Made by a program: the position numbers and the translations under genes. Below are positions 46,172 through 55,415 of a stretch of DNA of 64,000 nt, one piece after another. Below the pieces are notes generated by a model that was given only the letters and a program-made list of their open reading frames with translations, searched no databases and had not been told where the DNA came from. The DNA is taken from contig CADCPN010000027.1 of assembly GCA_902803375.1 (NCBI GenBank), forward strand, positions 17,549-81,548. Direction: 5' to 3'. Position 1 is the first letter of the stretch. Each line of letters begins with the position of its first letter. Source of the stretch: an uncultured Erysipelotrichaceae bacterium. Its GTDB lineage: Bacteria; Bacillota_I; Bacilli_A; RFN20; CAG-826.

Positions 46172-47524
46172 TTAGGCAAAATGAACCTCATAAATTTCGA
46201 CTTTGCCCGGCCCTCGATACTCAATATATAGGGGGTGCTTTCCTTCTATCTTCTTGCAAAGGGAGGCGAAGGTATCCTTGCTTCTGCTCTCCCATAGGGG
46301 GATCTCCGCGATAGCTTCACCGCAAAAAGAAGTCGAAAGGATAAGGACGCCGCCAAAAGAGCAGGTGGCCTCCACCGAGATTGCCTTAGGGGAAGCGAAA
46401 ACCAAGTCGGATATAACCGCGTATTCCCTATCTCTCCCCAAGCGAAATAAGTATTTGCCTTTCTTAATGGAGAGGGTGCTTCTCTCCTTCGGGGTCTTGG
46501 AAGCAAGGATGCAGGCAGGAGATATCTCTCCCTTTGCTTGCAGCGGCGCTAAGCCGAAGCTAGTCGGATATGCCCGTAAGAAGTTTCCTTGCTCATCCAG
46601 TTCTAGTTTTTCGGCATAGGCATCCCTGACCGTATCGATATCGCCGAGATGACGGTGATAGAAAAGATAATAGGAGCCATCTAGCTCAAGGATGGAGCCA
46701 TGGTTATTGCCGCCCTCCATGCTCTCCTTTTTCCCTGCGATTAAGGTAAAGGCATTGGAGAGCAAAACGCCGCCAAAATGAAAATCGCGGTCAGGGAAAT
46801 TGCTATAGGCAACGCAAAGCTCATGATGCTGCTCGCTAGAGTAGATAAAGCAATACCTGCCATTAATCTTCCTAAGGGAAGAGGCTTCAAAGAAGGTATG
46901 TCCTTTATATTCGCCTGGGTCAGAGTTAGTCACGCCAGGGATACCGATTTTCCTAGGTCCCCTAGCGATGGTGAGCATGTCCTCTTTTAGCTCTATGACG
47001 CTAGGTCCGTCAGGGTTAAACTTCTTCCGGTAATACTTACCTCTAGCTAGCTCATCGGGAGAGAAGCCGAAATATAGATATGTCTTGCCATCATCATCTT
47101 TAAAAACGGCAGGATCAAAGCAAATGGGGTCATAGGATTTCTCTCCTAGCGGGATGCCAGAGTCATGCTTAACCTTGCCGATATAGGAAAAAGGGCCAGA
47201 AGGGTGGTCGCTTTTGGCAACGAGGATGGCGTTTAACCCCTGCGTAAAGAAATATAGGTAATAGCAGCCGTCATCGCCTTTTACGCAATCTGGCGCCCAC
47301 ATGTTGCCTTTGGCTTCGATAGGAAGGTCTTTATAGGAGAGCGCTTCCCCTTCATCCACCCAGGCGGAGAGATCATCTTTTGGGCAAGAGAAAACGTGGT
47401 AAGAGGTGGAGCAATAGCCTTTGCTTCCTTCCTTATCTACCGAGCCATAAAGATAAACGCGGCCTTCAAAAAGGTGGGGTTCTGGGTCAGCGAGGTGAAT
47501 GTTGCCTAAAAATAACGGATTCAT
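46172..47524 (-). CDS. Glycoside hydrolase family 43 (beta-xylosidase/arabinofuranosidase-like)
   Basis: MNPLFLGNIHLADPEPHLFEGRVYLYGS (catalytic Asp region), then MWAPD, then FEASSL. The start is set at 47524 after AGGAGGAATCGC. Confidence 0.8.
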   Translation of the reverse strand: MNPLFLGNIHLADPEPHLFEGRVYLYGSVDKEGSKGYCSTSYHVFSCPKDDLSAWVDEGEALSYKDLPIEAKGNMWAPDCVKGDDGCYYLYFFTQGLNAILVAKSDHPSGPFSYIGKVKHDSGIPLGEKSYDPICFDPAVFKDDDGKTYLYFGFSPDELARGKYYRKKFNPDGPSVIELKEDMLTIARGPRKIGIPGVTNSDPGEYKGHTFFEASSLRKINGRYCFIYSSEQHHELCVAYSNFPDRDFHFGGVLLSNAFTLIAGKKESMEGGNNHGSILELDGSYYLFYHRHLGDIDTVRDAYAEKLELDEQGNFLRAYPTSFGLAPLQAKGEISPACILASKTPKERSTLSIKKGKYLFRLGRDREYAVISDLVFASPKAISVEATCSFGGVLILSTSFCGEAIAEIPLWESRSKDTFASLCKKIEGKHPLYIEYRGPGKVEIYEVHFA

Positions 47525-47655
47525 GCGATTCCTCCTTATTTTATAGGGAAATCCTCTCATTTTGCAGCCTCTTGGAAAATGTCTTTACTGCTATTTCTGG
47601 CTATTTTTAGGCAGCAAATCATTTTTGTTGCCATAACTTTTGGCTGACTACCCCC

Positions 47656-47686
47656 TTGCATTACGCGCCTATCGGCCTATGATAAT
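47656..47686 (+). promoter_or_regulatory. Candidate sigma-A promoter for the thrS leader
   Basis: TTGCAT (47656..47661), then 16 nt, then TATGAT, overlapping GATAAT. Confidence 0.4.
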
Positions 47687-47689
47687 GCC

Positions 47690-47885
47690 AGCGTTGACGG
47701 AGACACGCTCAAATGGCTATAGCCATATGGAGTACCACTCCCGAGCCCCTGGCGAAATAAGTTAGGCGGATGGCCCCCGTTATCGGGCCCCAAAGAGCAT
47801 GGGCCTATTCTCTATATGCCCATGAAGTAAGGTGGTACCGCGCTAACTTGGCGTCCTTATGTTTCGTAAGGACGCTTTTATTTAT
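47690..47885 (+). promoter_or_regulatory. T-box riboswitch leader (threonine) with terminator/antiterminator
   Basis: T-box sequence AAGGTGGTACCGCG at 47829..47842. Terminator GCGTCCTTA-7nt-TAAGGACGC (47851..47875) plus a T-run. The Thr codons ACC-ACT at 47734..47739 are specifier candidates. It lies directly upstream of thrS. Confidence 0.8.
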
Positions 47886-47899
47886 TTGGAGGAAAACTC

Positions 47900-49798
47900 A
47901 TGAAAATCGTCTATCAGGGAAAAGAGTTCGAACTAGAGGATCATTCGAACGGCTTCGCTGCGGCCAAAATCGTCGACCCAGAGAAGAAGAACAAAGCCCT
48001 CGCCTACAAAGTCGGCGAGAAGATTTTCGACATGAACTCTGAGATTCCGGATGGATCGGAAATCTCCTTCGTCATGGGCGAAGACAAAGATGGCTTTGAG
48101 ATGCTCAACCACTCCTGCAGCCACTTGATGGCCCAGGCTATCAAGCATCTCTATCCTAACGCCCTCTTCGGATTCGGACCCGCCATCGAAGAAGGCTTCT
48201 ATTATGACGTCGATTTCGGCGATGCAACCGTCACCGATGCCGACTTCCCCAAGATCGAGGCCGAGATGAAGAAGATCTCCAAGGAGGCCATCCCCTTCAA
48301 GCGCAAGGAGATCTCCATGGACGAAGCCCTTGAAGTCTTCAAGGACAACCATTACAAGGTCGAGCACATCAAAGAGCTCGAGGGCCCCATCAGCCTCTAT
48401 GAGCAGGGCGACTTCATCGACCTCTGCCGCGGCCCTCACGTCCCCAACACCTCTTACCTAAAGCACTTCAAGCTTCTTTCCATCGCCGGCGCCTATTGGA
48501 GAGGCGATTCCAAGAACAAGCAGCTCACCCGTATCTATGCGACCTGCTGGCCGACCGAAGAGGCCCTTAAGAACTACCTCGACATCCTTGAAAGACGCAA
48601 GGCCAACGACCACCGCCGCCTTGGCAAAGAGCTTGGCATCTTCATGCTTTCTGACTACGGCCCAGGCCTACCCTTCTTCCTCCCTAACGGCATGATCATC
48701 AAGAATGAGCTCATGAAGTATTGGAGAGAGATCCACATCGCCGAAGGCTATAAGGAAGTCGAGACCCCGACCATGCTCTCCCGTGAGCTTTGGGAGACCT
48801 CCGGCCACTGGGATCACTACAAGGAGAACATGTACACGACTAAGGTCGACGATAAGGATTTCGCGATCAAGCCGATGAACTGCCCAGGCGCCCTTCTCGT
48901 TTATAAAAACAGCCTCCACTCCTATAAGGATCTTCCGCTTCGCATCGCCGAATTCGGACATGTCCACCGCCATGAGGCCTCTGGCGCCCTCAACGGCCTA
49001 TTCCGCGTCCGCGGCTTCACCCAGGACGATAGCCACATCTTGCTCCGCCGCGATCAGATCGGAGACGAAGTCAAGCGCATCATGTCCATCTTCGACAGGA
49101 TGTACCAGGTCTTCGGGCTTAGCTACTACATCGTTCTCTCCACCCGTCCGGATGACTATATCGGCGAGAAGTCCTTCTGGGATGAATCCGAACGCATACT
49201 TGCAGAGGCTTGCAAAGACTCTGGCCACGAATACAAGATCAACCCGGGCGACGGCGCCTTCTATGGCCCGAAGCTAGACTTCAAGCTCCGCGATTCCATG
49301 GGTCGCGTCTGGCAGTGCGGCACCATCCAGCTTGACGTCAACCTCCCGCACCGCTTCGGCTGCACCTATATCGACCAGAACGGCGAGAAGGTTGAGCCGG
49401 TTATGCTCCACCGCGTCGTCTTCGGCTCCGTCGAGCGTTTCATCGGTATCCTCATTGAGCACTATGGTGGCGCTTTCCCAACCTGGCTTGCCCCGGTTCA
49501 GTGCAAAGTCCTCCCGGTCAACGCGCAAGCCCATGGCGCATACGCTTCTGAAGTCGTTAAGGCCCTTGAGGCGGCCGGGGTCCGCGTCAAGCTAGACGAT
49601 GACAACGAGAAGCTCGGCTATCGCCTCCGCAACGCTCAGGTCGAAAAGGTTCCGTTCACCCTCGTCATCGGCGAGAAGGAAGTGCAGAACCGCGCCGTCA
49701 CCTATCGTATCTATGGCCAGAAGGATCAGGTCAGCGTCCCCCTCGAGGAATTCGTTGCCCTCATCTGCAAGTCCATTGCCGATAAGGCCAGGTATTAA
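47900..49798 (+). CDS. thrS: Threonyl-tRNA synthetase
   Basis: Has the TGS domain, the editing-domain motif HSCSHLMAQA, class II motifs (FRVRGFTQDDSHI, GAFYGPKLDF) and an anticodon-binding domain. Confidence 0.97.
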   Translation: MKIVYQGKEFELEDHSNGFAAAKIVDPEKKNKALAYKVGEKIFDMNSEIPDGSEISFVMGEDKDGFEMLNHSCSHLMAQAIKHLYPNALFGFGPAIEEGFYYDVDFGDATVTDADFPKIEAEMKKISKEAIPFKRKEISMDEALEVFKDNHYKVEHIKELEGPISLYEQGDFIDLCRGPHVPNTSYLKHFKLLSIAGAYWRGDSKNKQLTRIYATCWPTEEALKNYLDILERRKANDHRRLGKELGIFMLSDYGPGLPFFLPNGMIIKNELMKYWREIHIAEGYKEVETPTMLSRELWETSGHWDHYKENMYTTKVDDKDFAIKPMNCPGALLVYKNSLHSYKDLPLRIAEFGHVHRHEASGALNGLFRVRGFTQDDSHILLRRDQIGDEVKRIMSIFDRMYQVFGLSYYIVLSTRPDDYIGEKSFWDESERILAEACKDSGHEYKINPGDGAFYGPKLDFKLRDSMGRVWQCGTIQLDVNLPHRFGCTYIDQNGEKVEPVMLHRVVFGSVERFIGILIEHYGGAFPTWLAPVQCKVLPVNAQAHGAYASEVVKALEAAGVRVKLDDDNEKLGYRLRNAQVEKVPFTLVIGEKEVQNRAVTYRIYGQKDQVSVPLEEFVALICKSIADKARY

Positions 49799-49815
49799 TC
49801 TCTAAAACTTATAAG

Positions 49816-49858
49816 AAAGATCTCGTCCGGGTTCATTCCTGGGCGAGATCTTTTTTTC
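49816..49858 (+). terminator. Intrinsic terminator after thrS
   Basis: AGATCTCGTCCGGG-loop-CCTGGGCGAGATCT followed by TTTTTTT. Confidence 0.85.
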
Positions 49859-50221
49859 CTGGCGAGCACTTCTTTCCTTCTTAGCAAATAAGCTAGGCTT
49901 CTTCTTCCATGGCATTGCCTGCGCCCTTGCCTTCTCCCCGTTGGAGAAACCCATTTGGAGAAAGGCTGATCTCACTTGGCTTACTTCCTTTTCCGTCTTT
50001 GGCAAATATGCAGGTTTATCGACGTCTTTATCCTTAATTGGCGTTTTGGAGCTTCCTCGTTACGCCGCCATCACTGAAGATGCGAGCAAGATGCTAAGCG
50101 TCATTTTCATGGCCTAAGCCATCATGGCGAAAGTTCCTTTGATTGGAGGAGGCATCTATGGCTTGGAGAAAAGGAAGAGCCCATCCTAGCGGCGGTGGTT
50201 ACTAAGCCGAAAAAGCAAAGT

Positions 50222-50258
50222 AAAAATAGCCTGCATCGGCGGGATGCAGGCTATTTTT
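50222..50258. terminator. Bidirectional terminator downstream of ogt
   Basis: AAAAATAGCCTGCATC-GGCGG-GATGCAGGCTATTTTT. Confidence 0.85.
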
Positions 50259-50270
50259 CGTAGCGTTTCC

Positions 50271-50798
50271 TTATTCCTCAGGATCCTTGTAATCGGTCGG
50301 GGCAACGAAGGTGCGGTTGGCGTTCTTCTTCTCGAAAGCGATTAGGTTCTTCTTGAGTTTGATGTTATTGGGGTCATTGCCGATATAGCCGCCGATATCA
50401 AGGGCGCTGCCGACGACGCGGTGGCAGGGGATGAAGATCGGAAGGGGGTTGGCTTTCAACGCTTGGCCGACGGCCTGAGCGCTATTGCAGCCGATGGCTT
50501 TGGCGACCTCGATATAGGTCTTGGTCTGACCGAAGGGGATGGTTTTGACATAGGATAAAACCTTCTTCTGGAAATCGGTAGTGGAGAGGGTGATGTCCAT
50601 CGGGACGTCGAATTCCTTCCTTTGGCCGAAGCAATACTGGTTAAGCTGGCAGATGGCGTCGTAGAGGAGTGGGGATTCATATCTCTCTGCGCCGACGATA
50701 TCGAGGGCCTTAAGCCTGACGCCGACTAGCGACTTCTCATCCGCGATGAGCGTCATTGGACCGATGGCGGTCTCATAGGTGTTGTAGAAATAGTTCAT
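50271..50798 (-). CDS. ogt: Methylated-DNA--protein-cysteine methyltransferase
   Basis: Active site IPCHRVVGS. Also FQKKVLSYVKTIPFGQTKTYIEVA. Confidence 0.9.
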   Translation of the reverse strand: MNYFYNTYETAIGPMTLIADEKSLVGVRLKALDIVGAERYESPLLYDAICQLNQYCFGQRKEFDVPMDITLSTTDFQKKVLSYVKTIPFGQTKTYIEVAKAIGCNSAQAVGQALKANPLPIFIPCHRVVGSALDIGGYIGNDPNNIKLKKNLIAFEKKNANRTFVAPTDYKDPEE

Positions 50799-50912
50799 GG
50801 TTTTTGCTCTTTTCCCCTGCCTAACAATTTAGCGAGTTCTAGCCGTAAAGCAAGCAAAACATCGATGTTTCTTAAAGAAGATGGCGACAGGATTCGCTAT
50901 CGCCATCTTTGG

Positions 50913-52499
50913 TTAGGCAGCCTTTTTCTCTTCTACCTCTTTCTCTTCGTGGTACTCCTGTTCGGTGTTCACGTTCCATATCTCCTTCTTGTCGAAGGAA
51001 GAAGGGTCGAGGATAGACTTGGCGGCATCCATGGCGGTGAGCATGGAGTGGTCCATGTTGTTATAACGGTGCTGGCCGTTGCGTCCGACGCAATAGAGGT
51101 TATCGATGGTGTTGAGGTGGTCGCGGACCAGCTGCATCTCCTTATAGGAATCAAAGTAGGCCGGGTAGGCTTTCTTGACCTTGATCTGGGTCGCGTCGAG
51201 GATATCCTCCTCGGCGACTAGGCCGATGGAGATGAGCTCCTTCTTGGCGAAGGCGATGAAGTCCTCTTTGCTCATGGACCAGAGGTCATCGCCTTCGGAG
51301 GCGAAGTACTCCATGCCGATCCAAACGGTGTTTTCTAGGTCCTTGACCATATAGGGTGACCAGTTGTTGAAGATCTGCAGCCTGCCTAGGCGGACGCTGC
51401 GCTCCTGAACATAGATCCAGGTATCCGGGAGGATGTTGTTGACGGTCTTGAACTTCGGCTTCTTGCCATTATCGATAAGAAGCTTCTTGGCGAGGATGCC
51501 GACGGTGATGAAGTCGCGGTAAGGAAGGTGGGTGGCGACGTCATAGACGTGGGCATCGACGTTTTCCTTGCCCATGGCCTCATAGAGGTCTTTTATCGGC
51601 ATGGAGGAGATGAACTCATCGCCCTGAATCTCCTGCTTGCCATTGATAATAAGGGAGGTGACTTTGCCATTATCTAGCTTTACGCCGGTGACTTTGGAGT
51701 TGAAGCGGATCTCTCCGCCCATCTCCACGATCATCTTGGCCATCTGCTCATATAGCTGGCCTGGGCCTTTCTTCGGATAGGAGAATTGCTCGATGAGGGA
51801 GGTTTCGACATTCTTGGAGTTCTTCTTGCGGAAGGGTTTGGCCAAAGCGTTGCCAATAGACTTCCATAAGCTTAATCCCTTGACGCGCTGCGCGCCCCAG
51901 CTTGGGTCGATCTCGCTGGGGTTGCGGCCCCAGAGCTTCTCGGTGTAGTCCTCGAAGAACATGCGGTATAGCGGCTTGCCGAAGCGGTTGATGTAGAAGT
52001 CGGCGAGGGAATTCTCCTTCCTCTTATGAAGGCAAGAGCCGATATAGCCCCAGCCGGCATTCCAGGTGCGGGCAAAGCCCATGTTATGGAAGGTGCTCCA
52101 CTTCATGGAGATAGGGTAGTCGAAGAACTTCTTTAGATAGAAGATGCGGGAGATGCGGTGGCGGGTGAGCATGACGCGGTCTTCCTTCTCTGGGTCAGGC
52201 CCATTCTCCGCGAGGGGGACCTGCCTATTGAGCATGATGTCGTCTTTGGAAGGCTTACCCTGCATTGGCATGATTTCCTGCCATAAATCGGTGACTTCCT
52301 TGGATTTGGAGAAGAAACGATGGCCGCCGATGTCCATGCGGTTGCCCTTATATTCGGCGGTGCGGGAGATGCCACCGATCTCAGAGGTCTCCTCCAAGAT
52401 GATGGGGTGAACTTCCCCTTTGCCGTTTTTCAATAGCTCATAAGCGGCGGTGAGGCCTGCAGGGCCTGCGCCGATGATGACGCAATTTTTCTTTGCCAT
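50913..52499 (-). CDS. FAD-dependent oxidoreductase (amine-oxidase/UDP-galactopyranose-mutase-like superfamily)
   Basis: [17 protein letters not shown] is a dinucleotide-binding motif. The C-terminal motif is [16 protein letters not shown]. The specific function cannot be assigned by eye. Confidence 0.7.
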   Translation of the reverse strand: MAKKNCVIIGAGPAGLTAAYELLKNGKGEVHPIILEETSEIGGISRTAEYKGNRMDIGGHRFFSKSKEVTDLWQEIMPMQGKPSKDDIMLNRQVPLAENGPDPEKEDRVMLTRHRISRIFYLKKFFDYPISMKWSTFHNMGFARTWNAGWGYIGSCLHKRKENSLADFYINRFGKPLYRMFFEDYTEKLWGRNPSEIDPSWGAQRVKGLSLWKSIGNALAKPFRKKNSKNVETSLIEQFSYPKKGPGQLYEQMAKMIVEMGGEIRFNSKVTGVKLDNGKVTSLIINGKQEIQGDEFISSMPIKDLYEAMGKENVDAHVYDVATHLPYRDFITVGILAKKLLIDNGKKPKFKTVNNILPDTWIYVQERSVRLGRLQIFNNWSPYMVKDLENTVWIGMEYFASEGDDLWSMSKEDFIAFAKKELISIGLVAEEDILDATQIKVKKAYPAYFDSYKEMQLVRDHLNTIDNLYCVGRNGQHRYNNMDHSMLTAMDAAKSILDPSSFDKKEIWNVNTEQEYHEEKEVEEKKAA

Positions 52500-52700
52500 A
52501 AAAACTCCTTAAAGCAATTGGTGCGGTTATTTTAACCCTAAAACTCTTTTTCCTCCACGTTTTCCCTTATAGGAAAACCAAAGAAAGAATTAGTTTGCTT
52601 TCTTGCGCCAAAAAGCAAGGAAACAATATGGTTTTACTTGGCTTCTACTAACGAAGGTTTTCTTGTGTGAATCCATATATAAGAAAATATGCATAATCCA

Positions 52701-52729
52701 TTTAAATAACGGTTGAGTCTTCCTATAAT
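52701..52729 (+). promoter_or_regulatory. Candidate promoter placing the TSS at or next to the ATG of the Fic-like gene (leaderless)
   Basis: TTTAAA-17nt-TATAAT. The -10 hexamer ends 6 nt before ATG 52736, and there is no SD. Confidence 0.35.
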
Positions 52730-52735
52730 TTAAGC

Positions 52736-53701
52736 ATGACAAAGACCAATGCCCCATATAAATGCGCGTTCTCGATTTCCAACGAGATCCTATACAAAAG
52801 CGTAGAGCTAGGAGTCGACATCGGAAAAATATCCGTCTCTGAGCTGCGTTATGGAATTGAAGACGCGGCGGAAGCCACCAAATATTCCCTCCTTACCGAG
52901 GGAATCGCTTTGACGCCTTCTCAATATCGGGGCCTGCTAGATAAGGAAGAGATTCCATCTGAGCCAATTGCCAATGCCTTATTTAAGACATATTGCAAAT
53001 TGCCCCACCTTGATGCCTATGACCCAGAAAGCCTTGTCCAAACCTTCGAGGCCAACCTTTTTAGAGAAGGCGTCCCTAACCGCCTATCAAGGAGGGTGAA
53101 GGGATTTGATTACCCTCTTCCCGCCCATAGCAAGATAGAGGCCCTCATCAAAGGCCTCTACTCCTTTGCCAATAATGGCAAAAGGAAGGTCCATCCCCTT
53201 ACCTTAAGCTGCCTTTTCTACTTCGAGATCCTGGCGATTCAGCCTTATTCCGAATACAGCAAGATGTTCGCCCTTCTCGTCGCTAAGGCAATTCTTGGCG
53301 ACTACAACAAGCTTCTCTTCGCCCTTCCTTTAGAAAGGCTCATGCTAAAGAACGAAAAGATGCTAGACGCCGCCTATGAGGAATCCGTCGATAAAGGCGA
53401 CATCGGCCCCTTCATACTAGCGATGCTCTCCATCATTCAAGAAGGCGTCGACACTCTTTCTAGAAGAAGCGTCCGCAAACCCAAGCTTTCTAGCGATCAG
53501 GTCAAGAGGCTACTCTCCGTCATGAGCAAAGGCAGATATTATGGCGCGCTGGAGCTTTGCTCTCTTTTAGGCCTAAAAAGCAGGCTAGGCTTATCCAAGA
53601 ACTACTTATCTCCAGCCCTAGAGGCGGGGCTTATCGAAAGAAGCAATCCGCTTTCCCCGACTTCTAGGTCGCAGAAATACCGTCTTAAGGAAGGAAGGTA
53701 A
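52736..53701 (+). CDS. Fic-fold protein with a degenerate active-site motif and a C-terminal winged-helix domain
   Basis: VHPLTLSCLFYFEILAIQPYSEYSKMFALLVAKAIL aligns to the Fic core (hPl..A...H..Fe.IHPF.DGNGR..RLL). However, His becomes Gln and GNGR is lost. The C-terminus (KRLLSVMSKGRYYGALELCSLLGL...LIER) is wHTH-like. Confidence 0.65.
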   Translation: MTKTNAPYKCAFSISNEILYKSVELGVDIGKISVSELRYGIEDAAEATKYSLLTEGIALTPSQYRGLLDKEEIPSEPIANALFKTYCKLPHLDAYDPESLVQTFEANLFREGVPNRLSRRVKGFDYPLPAHSKIEALIKGLYSFANNGKRKVHPLTLSCLFYFEILAIQPYSEYSKMFALLVAKAILGDYNKLLFALPLERLMLKNEKMLDAAYEESVDKGDIGPFILAMLSIIQEGVDTLSRRSVRKPKLSSDQVKRLLSVMSKGRYYGALELCSLLGLKSRLGLSKNYLSPALEAGLIERSNPLSPTSRSQKYRLKEGR

Positions 53702-53706
53702 CCTTT

Positions 53707-54120
53707 ATGATGGGCGCGCTTACCATAGGATTCCTTTTCCTATCTTTCCTTGCCTTTTTCCTAAGTTTGCCCTTACGGAAAAAGAACAAGGTTTGCCTAT
53801 GCGTCTGCGGTATTTGCAGCCTTTTGTTCTACCTTCTGTTCTTCGTTTTCATATTGCTTTGGTTCAAGAAGGCATTTGTTGAGGTGGAATCAAGCTTAAC
53901 GAGGATTGTCCCAACCTTATTCGCCTTAGCGATGGGCATCGTGCTTCTTGCCCTTTACTTCAATAAGAAATCCGCGATCCTTGATATCGCGCTGATCAGC
54001 TTATTCTTCTTGCTTATCCTTTCCTTCCTATATCTATCGATAAAGTTAGGAAGGGTGATGCTAAATAACGAGAAAATCGTGACGAGCAACCTTGCCTTAG
54101 CCCATATCCTATTTCGTTAA
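53707..54120 (+). CDS. Small 4-TM membrane protein, unknown function
   Basis: 137 aa and very hydrophobic. It starts 6 nt after the Fic-like stop. Confidence 0.6.
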   Translation: MMGALTIGFLFLSFLAFFLSLPLRKKNKVCLCVCGICSLLFYLLFFVFILLWFKKAFVEVESSLTRIVPTLFALAMGIVLLALYFNKKSAILDIALISLFFLLILSFLYLSIKLGRVMLNNEKIVTSNLALAHILFR

Positions 54121-54127
54121 ATCCCTT

Positions 54128-54158
54128 GCCTAGGAAGATTCGCTCCTTGGCTTTTTTT
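54128..54158 (+). terminator. Intrinsic terminator after the Fic-like/membrane gene pair
   Basis: GCCTAGGA-loop-TCCTTGGC (one mismatch) followed by TTTTTTT. Confidence 0.7.
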
Positions 54159-54419
54159 CTTCACCGCTTCCAATCAGTTAGTCAAAGACGATATGGCTGC
54201 AAGCCAAGAATACGCCGCCCCAATAAAGTGAAGCGAAGAGTGATCTGATTATCCAGAAGATATCATAGGCGAGATAGGGGGCAACTTTGTCTTCCCCATC
54301 ACCGCCTACTAAAGGAAGCAAATTAGAAAATGCGGGATTAGCCTAGTGCTGGTCGCACTTTTTTATGGTTAGATATGTACGCATATATAGGCGGGCGAGA
54401 AAGTTATTGAAATTATTGC

Positions 54420-54600
54420 TTGCACTCCGCCTCAAAGTGAGGATAATTACGCATGTCGATAAGACGTAGAAAGCAATCGCTTCCGGCGATTCGCCAGATT
54501 CCCCTTTCGTGGGGATTGGCAGAAGGCTAATGCATCTCATATAACGCATTACGCGATACCGGACGAAGGCTGTCCGGATTTTTTATCGATAAAGACATTG
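54420..54600 (+). promoter_or_regulatory. infC-rpmI-rplT leader: candidate promoter plus attenuator terminator (L20-leader-like)
   Basis: TTGCAC (54420..54425), then 16 nt, then GATAAT (54442..54447). Hairpin CCGGAC-GAAGGCT-GTCCGG plus ATTTTTT at 54559..54584, immediately before the infC SD. Confidence 0.55.
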
Positions 54601-54613
54601 GAGGATATTTACT

Positions 54614-55180
54614 ATCGCCTACATCAATCCCAAAATGGACCGCCGTCCACAGAAGCGTTTCGATCCGATCAACGAGCACGTCCGTTACCCAGAAGTTATG
54701 GTCATCGGCCCCGATGGCGAAAACCTTGGTAGGATGAGCTCCCGCCAGGCTAACGACCTAGCAAGGAACTATGATCTCGACCTCTTCTGCGTTGCGCCGA
54801 ATGCCAATCCGCCCGTCTGCAAGATTCTCAATTACGGCAAATACCGCTTCGAGCAGCAGAAGAACGAAAGGCAGCAGAGGAAGAATTCCAAAGCGGCTCA
54901 AAGCCAGCTAAAGGAAGTTCAGCTTCACATCGCTATCGGCGAGCACGATCTGCAGACCAAAGCCAAACATGCCAGGGAATTCCTAGAGGATGGCGACAAG
55001 GTCAACGTCAGAGTCGTTCTCAAAGGTAGGGAAATGGCCCACAAGGAACTAGGTGAGGAACTCTTCCAGAGATTCGTCGCTCTTCTCTCTACGCAGGAAA
55101 GACCGGCCACTATGGAAAAAGCCCCATCCTGGGAAGGCAAGTGCTATTCTTCCATCGTCGCATCGAAAGCGAAAAAGTAA
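54614..55180 (+). CDS. infC: Translation initiation factor IF-3 (probable non-ATG start at ATC 54614; first ATG at 54635)
   Basis: INEHVRYPEVMVIGPDGENLG and the C-terminal domain LKEVQLHIAIGEHDLQTK are present. GGAGG (54600..54604) lies 9 nt from in-frame ATC but 30 nt from the ATG. Confidence 0.85.
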   Translation: MAYINPKMDRRPQKRFDPINEHVRYPEVMVIGPDGENLGRMSSRQANDLARNYDLDLFCVAPNANPPVCKILNYGKYRFEQQKNERQQRKNSKAAQSQLKEVQLHIAIGEHDLQTKAKHAREFLEDGDKVNVRVVLKGREMAHKELGEELFQRFVALLSTQERPATMEKAPSWEGKCYSSIVASKAKK

Positions 55181-55195
55181 TAAAGGAGTTATTTT

Positions 55196-55390
55196 ATGCC
55201 AAAGATGAAATCGAATCGTTCGCTCATGAAGCGAATCAAGCTCACCGGAACCGGGAAAATCAAGTTCGTTCACGCTTACAAAGGACACCATGCCCCTTAC
55301 AAGACCGCTAAGCAGAGCCGTCAGCTCCGCCGCCCGGGCATGATCGATAAGACCGACTACAAGCGTATCAAGTTCATGATCGTTAAGTAA
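55196..55390 (+). CDS. rpmI: 50S ribosomal protein L35
   Basis: [22 protein letters not shown], 64 aa, AAAGGAG SD. Confidence 0.92.
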   Translation: MPKMKSNRSLMKRIKLTGTGKIKFVHAYKGHHAPYKTAKQSRQLRRPGMIDKTDYKRIKFMIVK

Positions 55391-55415
55391 TCAAGGAAGA
55401 GAGGAAACATTAACA

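Noticed and set aside
54160-54345. Minus-strand open frame ending ...DKVAPYLAYDIFWIIRSLFASLYWGGVFLACSHIVFD.
   Set aside because: It has no ATG or SD, only a possible TTG, and about 48 codons. It is probably a remnant and evidence is insufficient to call a gene or pseudogene.
54343-54549. 68 aa minus-strand ORF upstream of infC.
   Set aside because: It lies entirely within the predicted infC leader and promoter, with no SD and no motif. The leader interpretation explains the region better.
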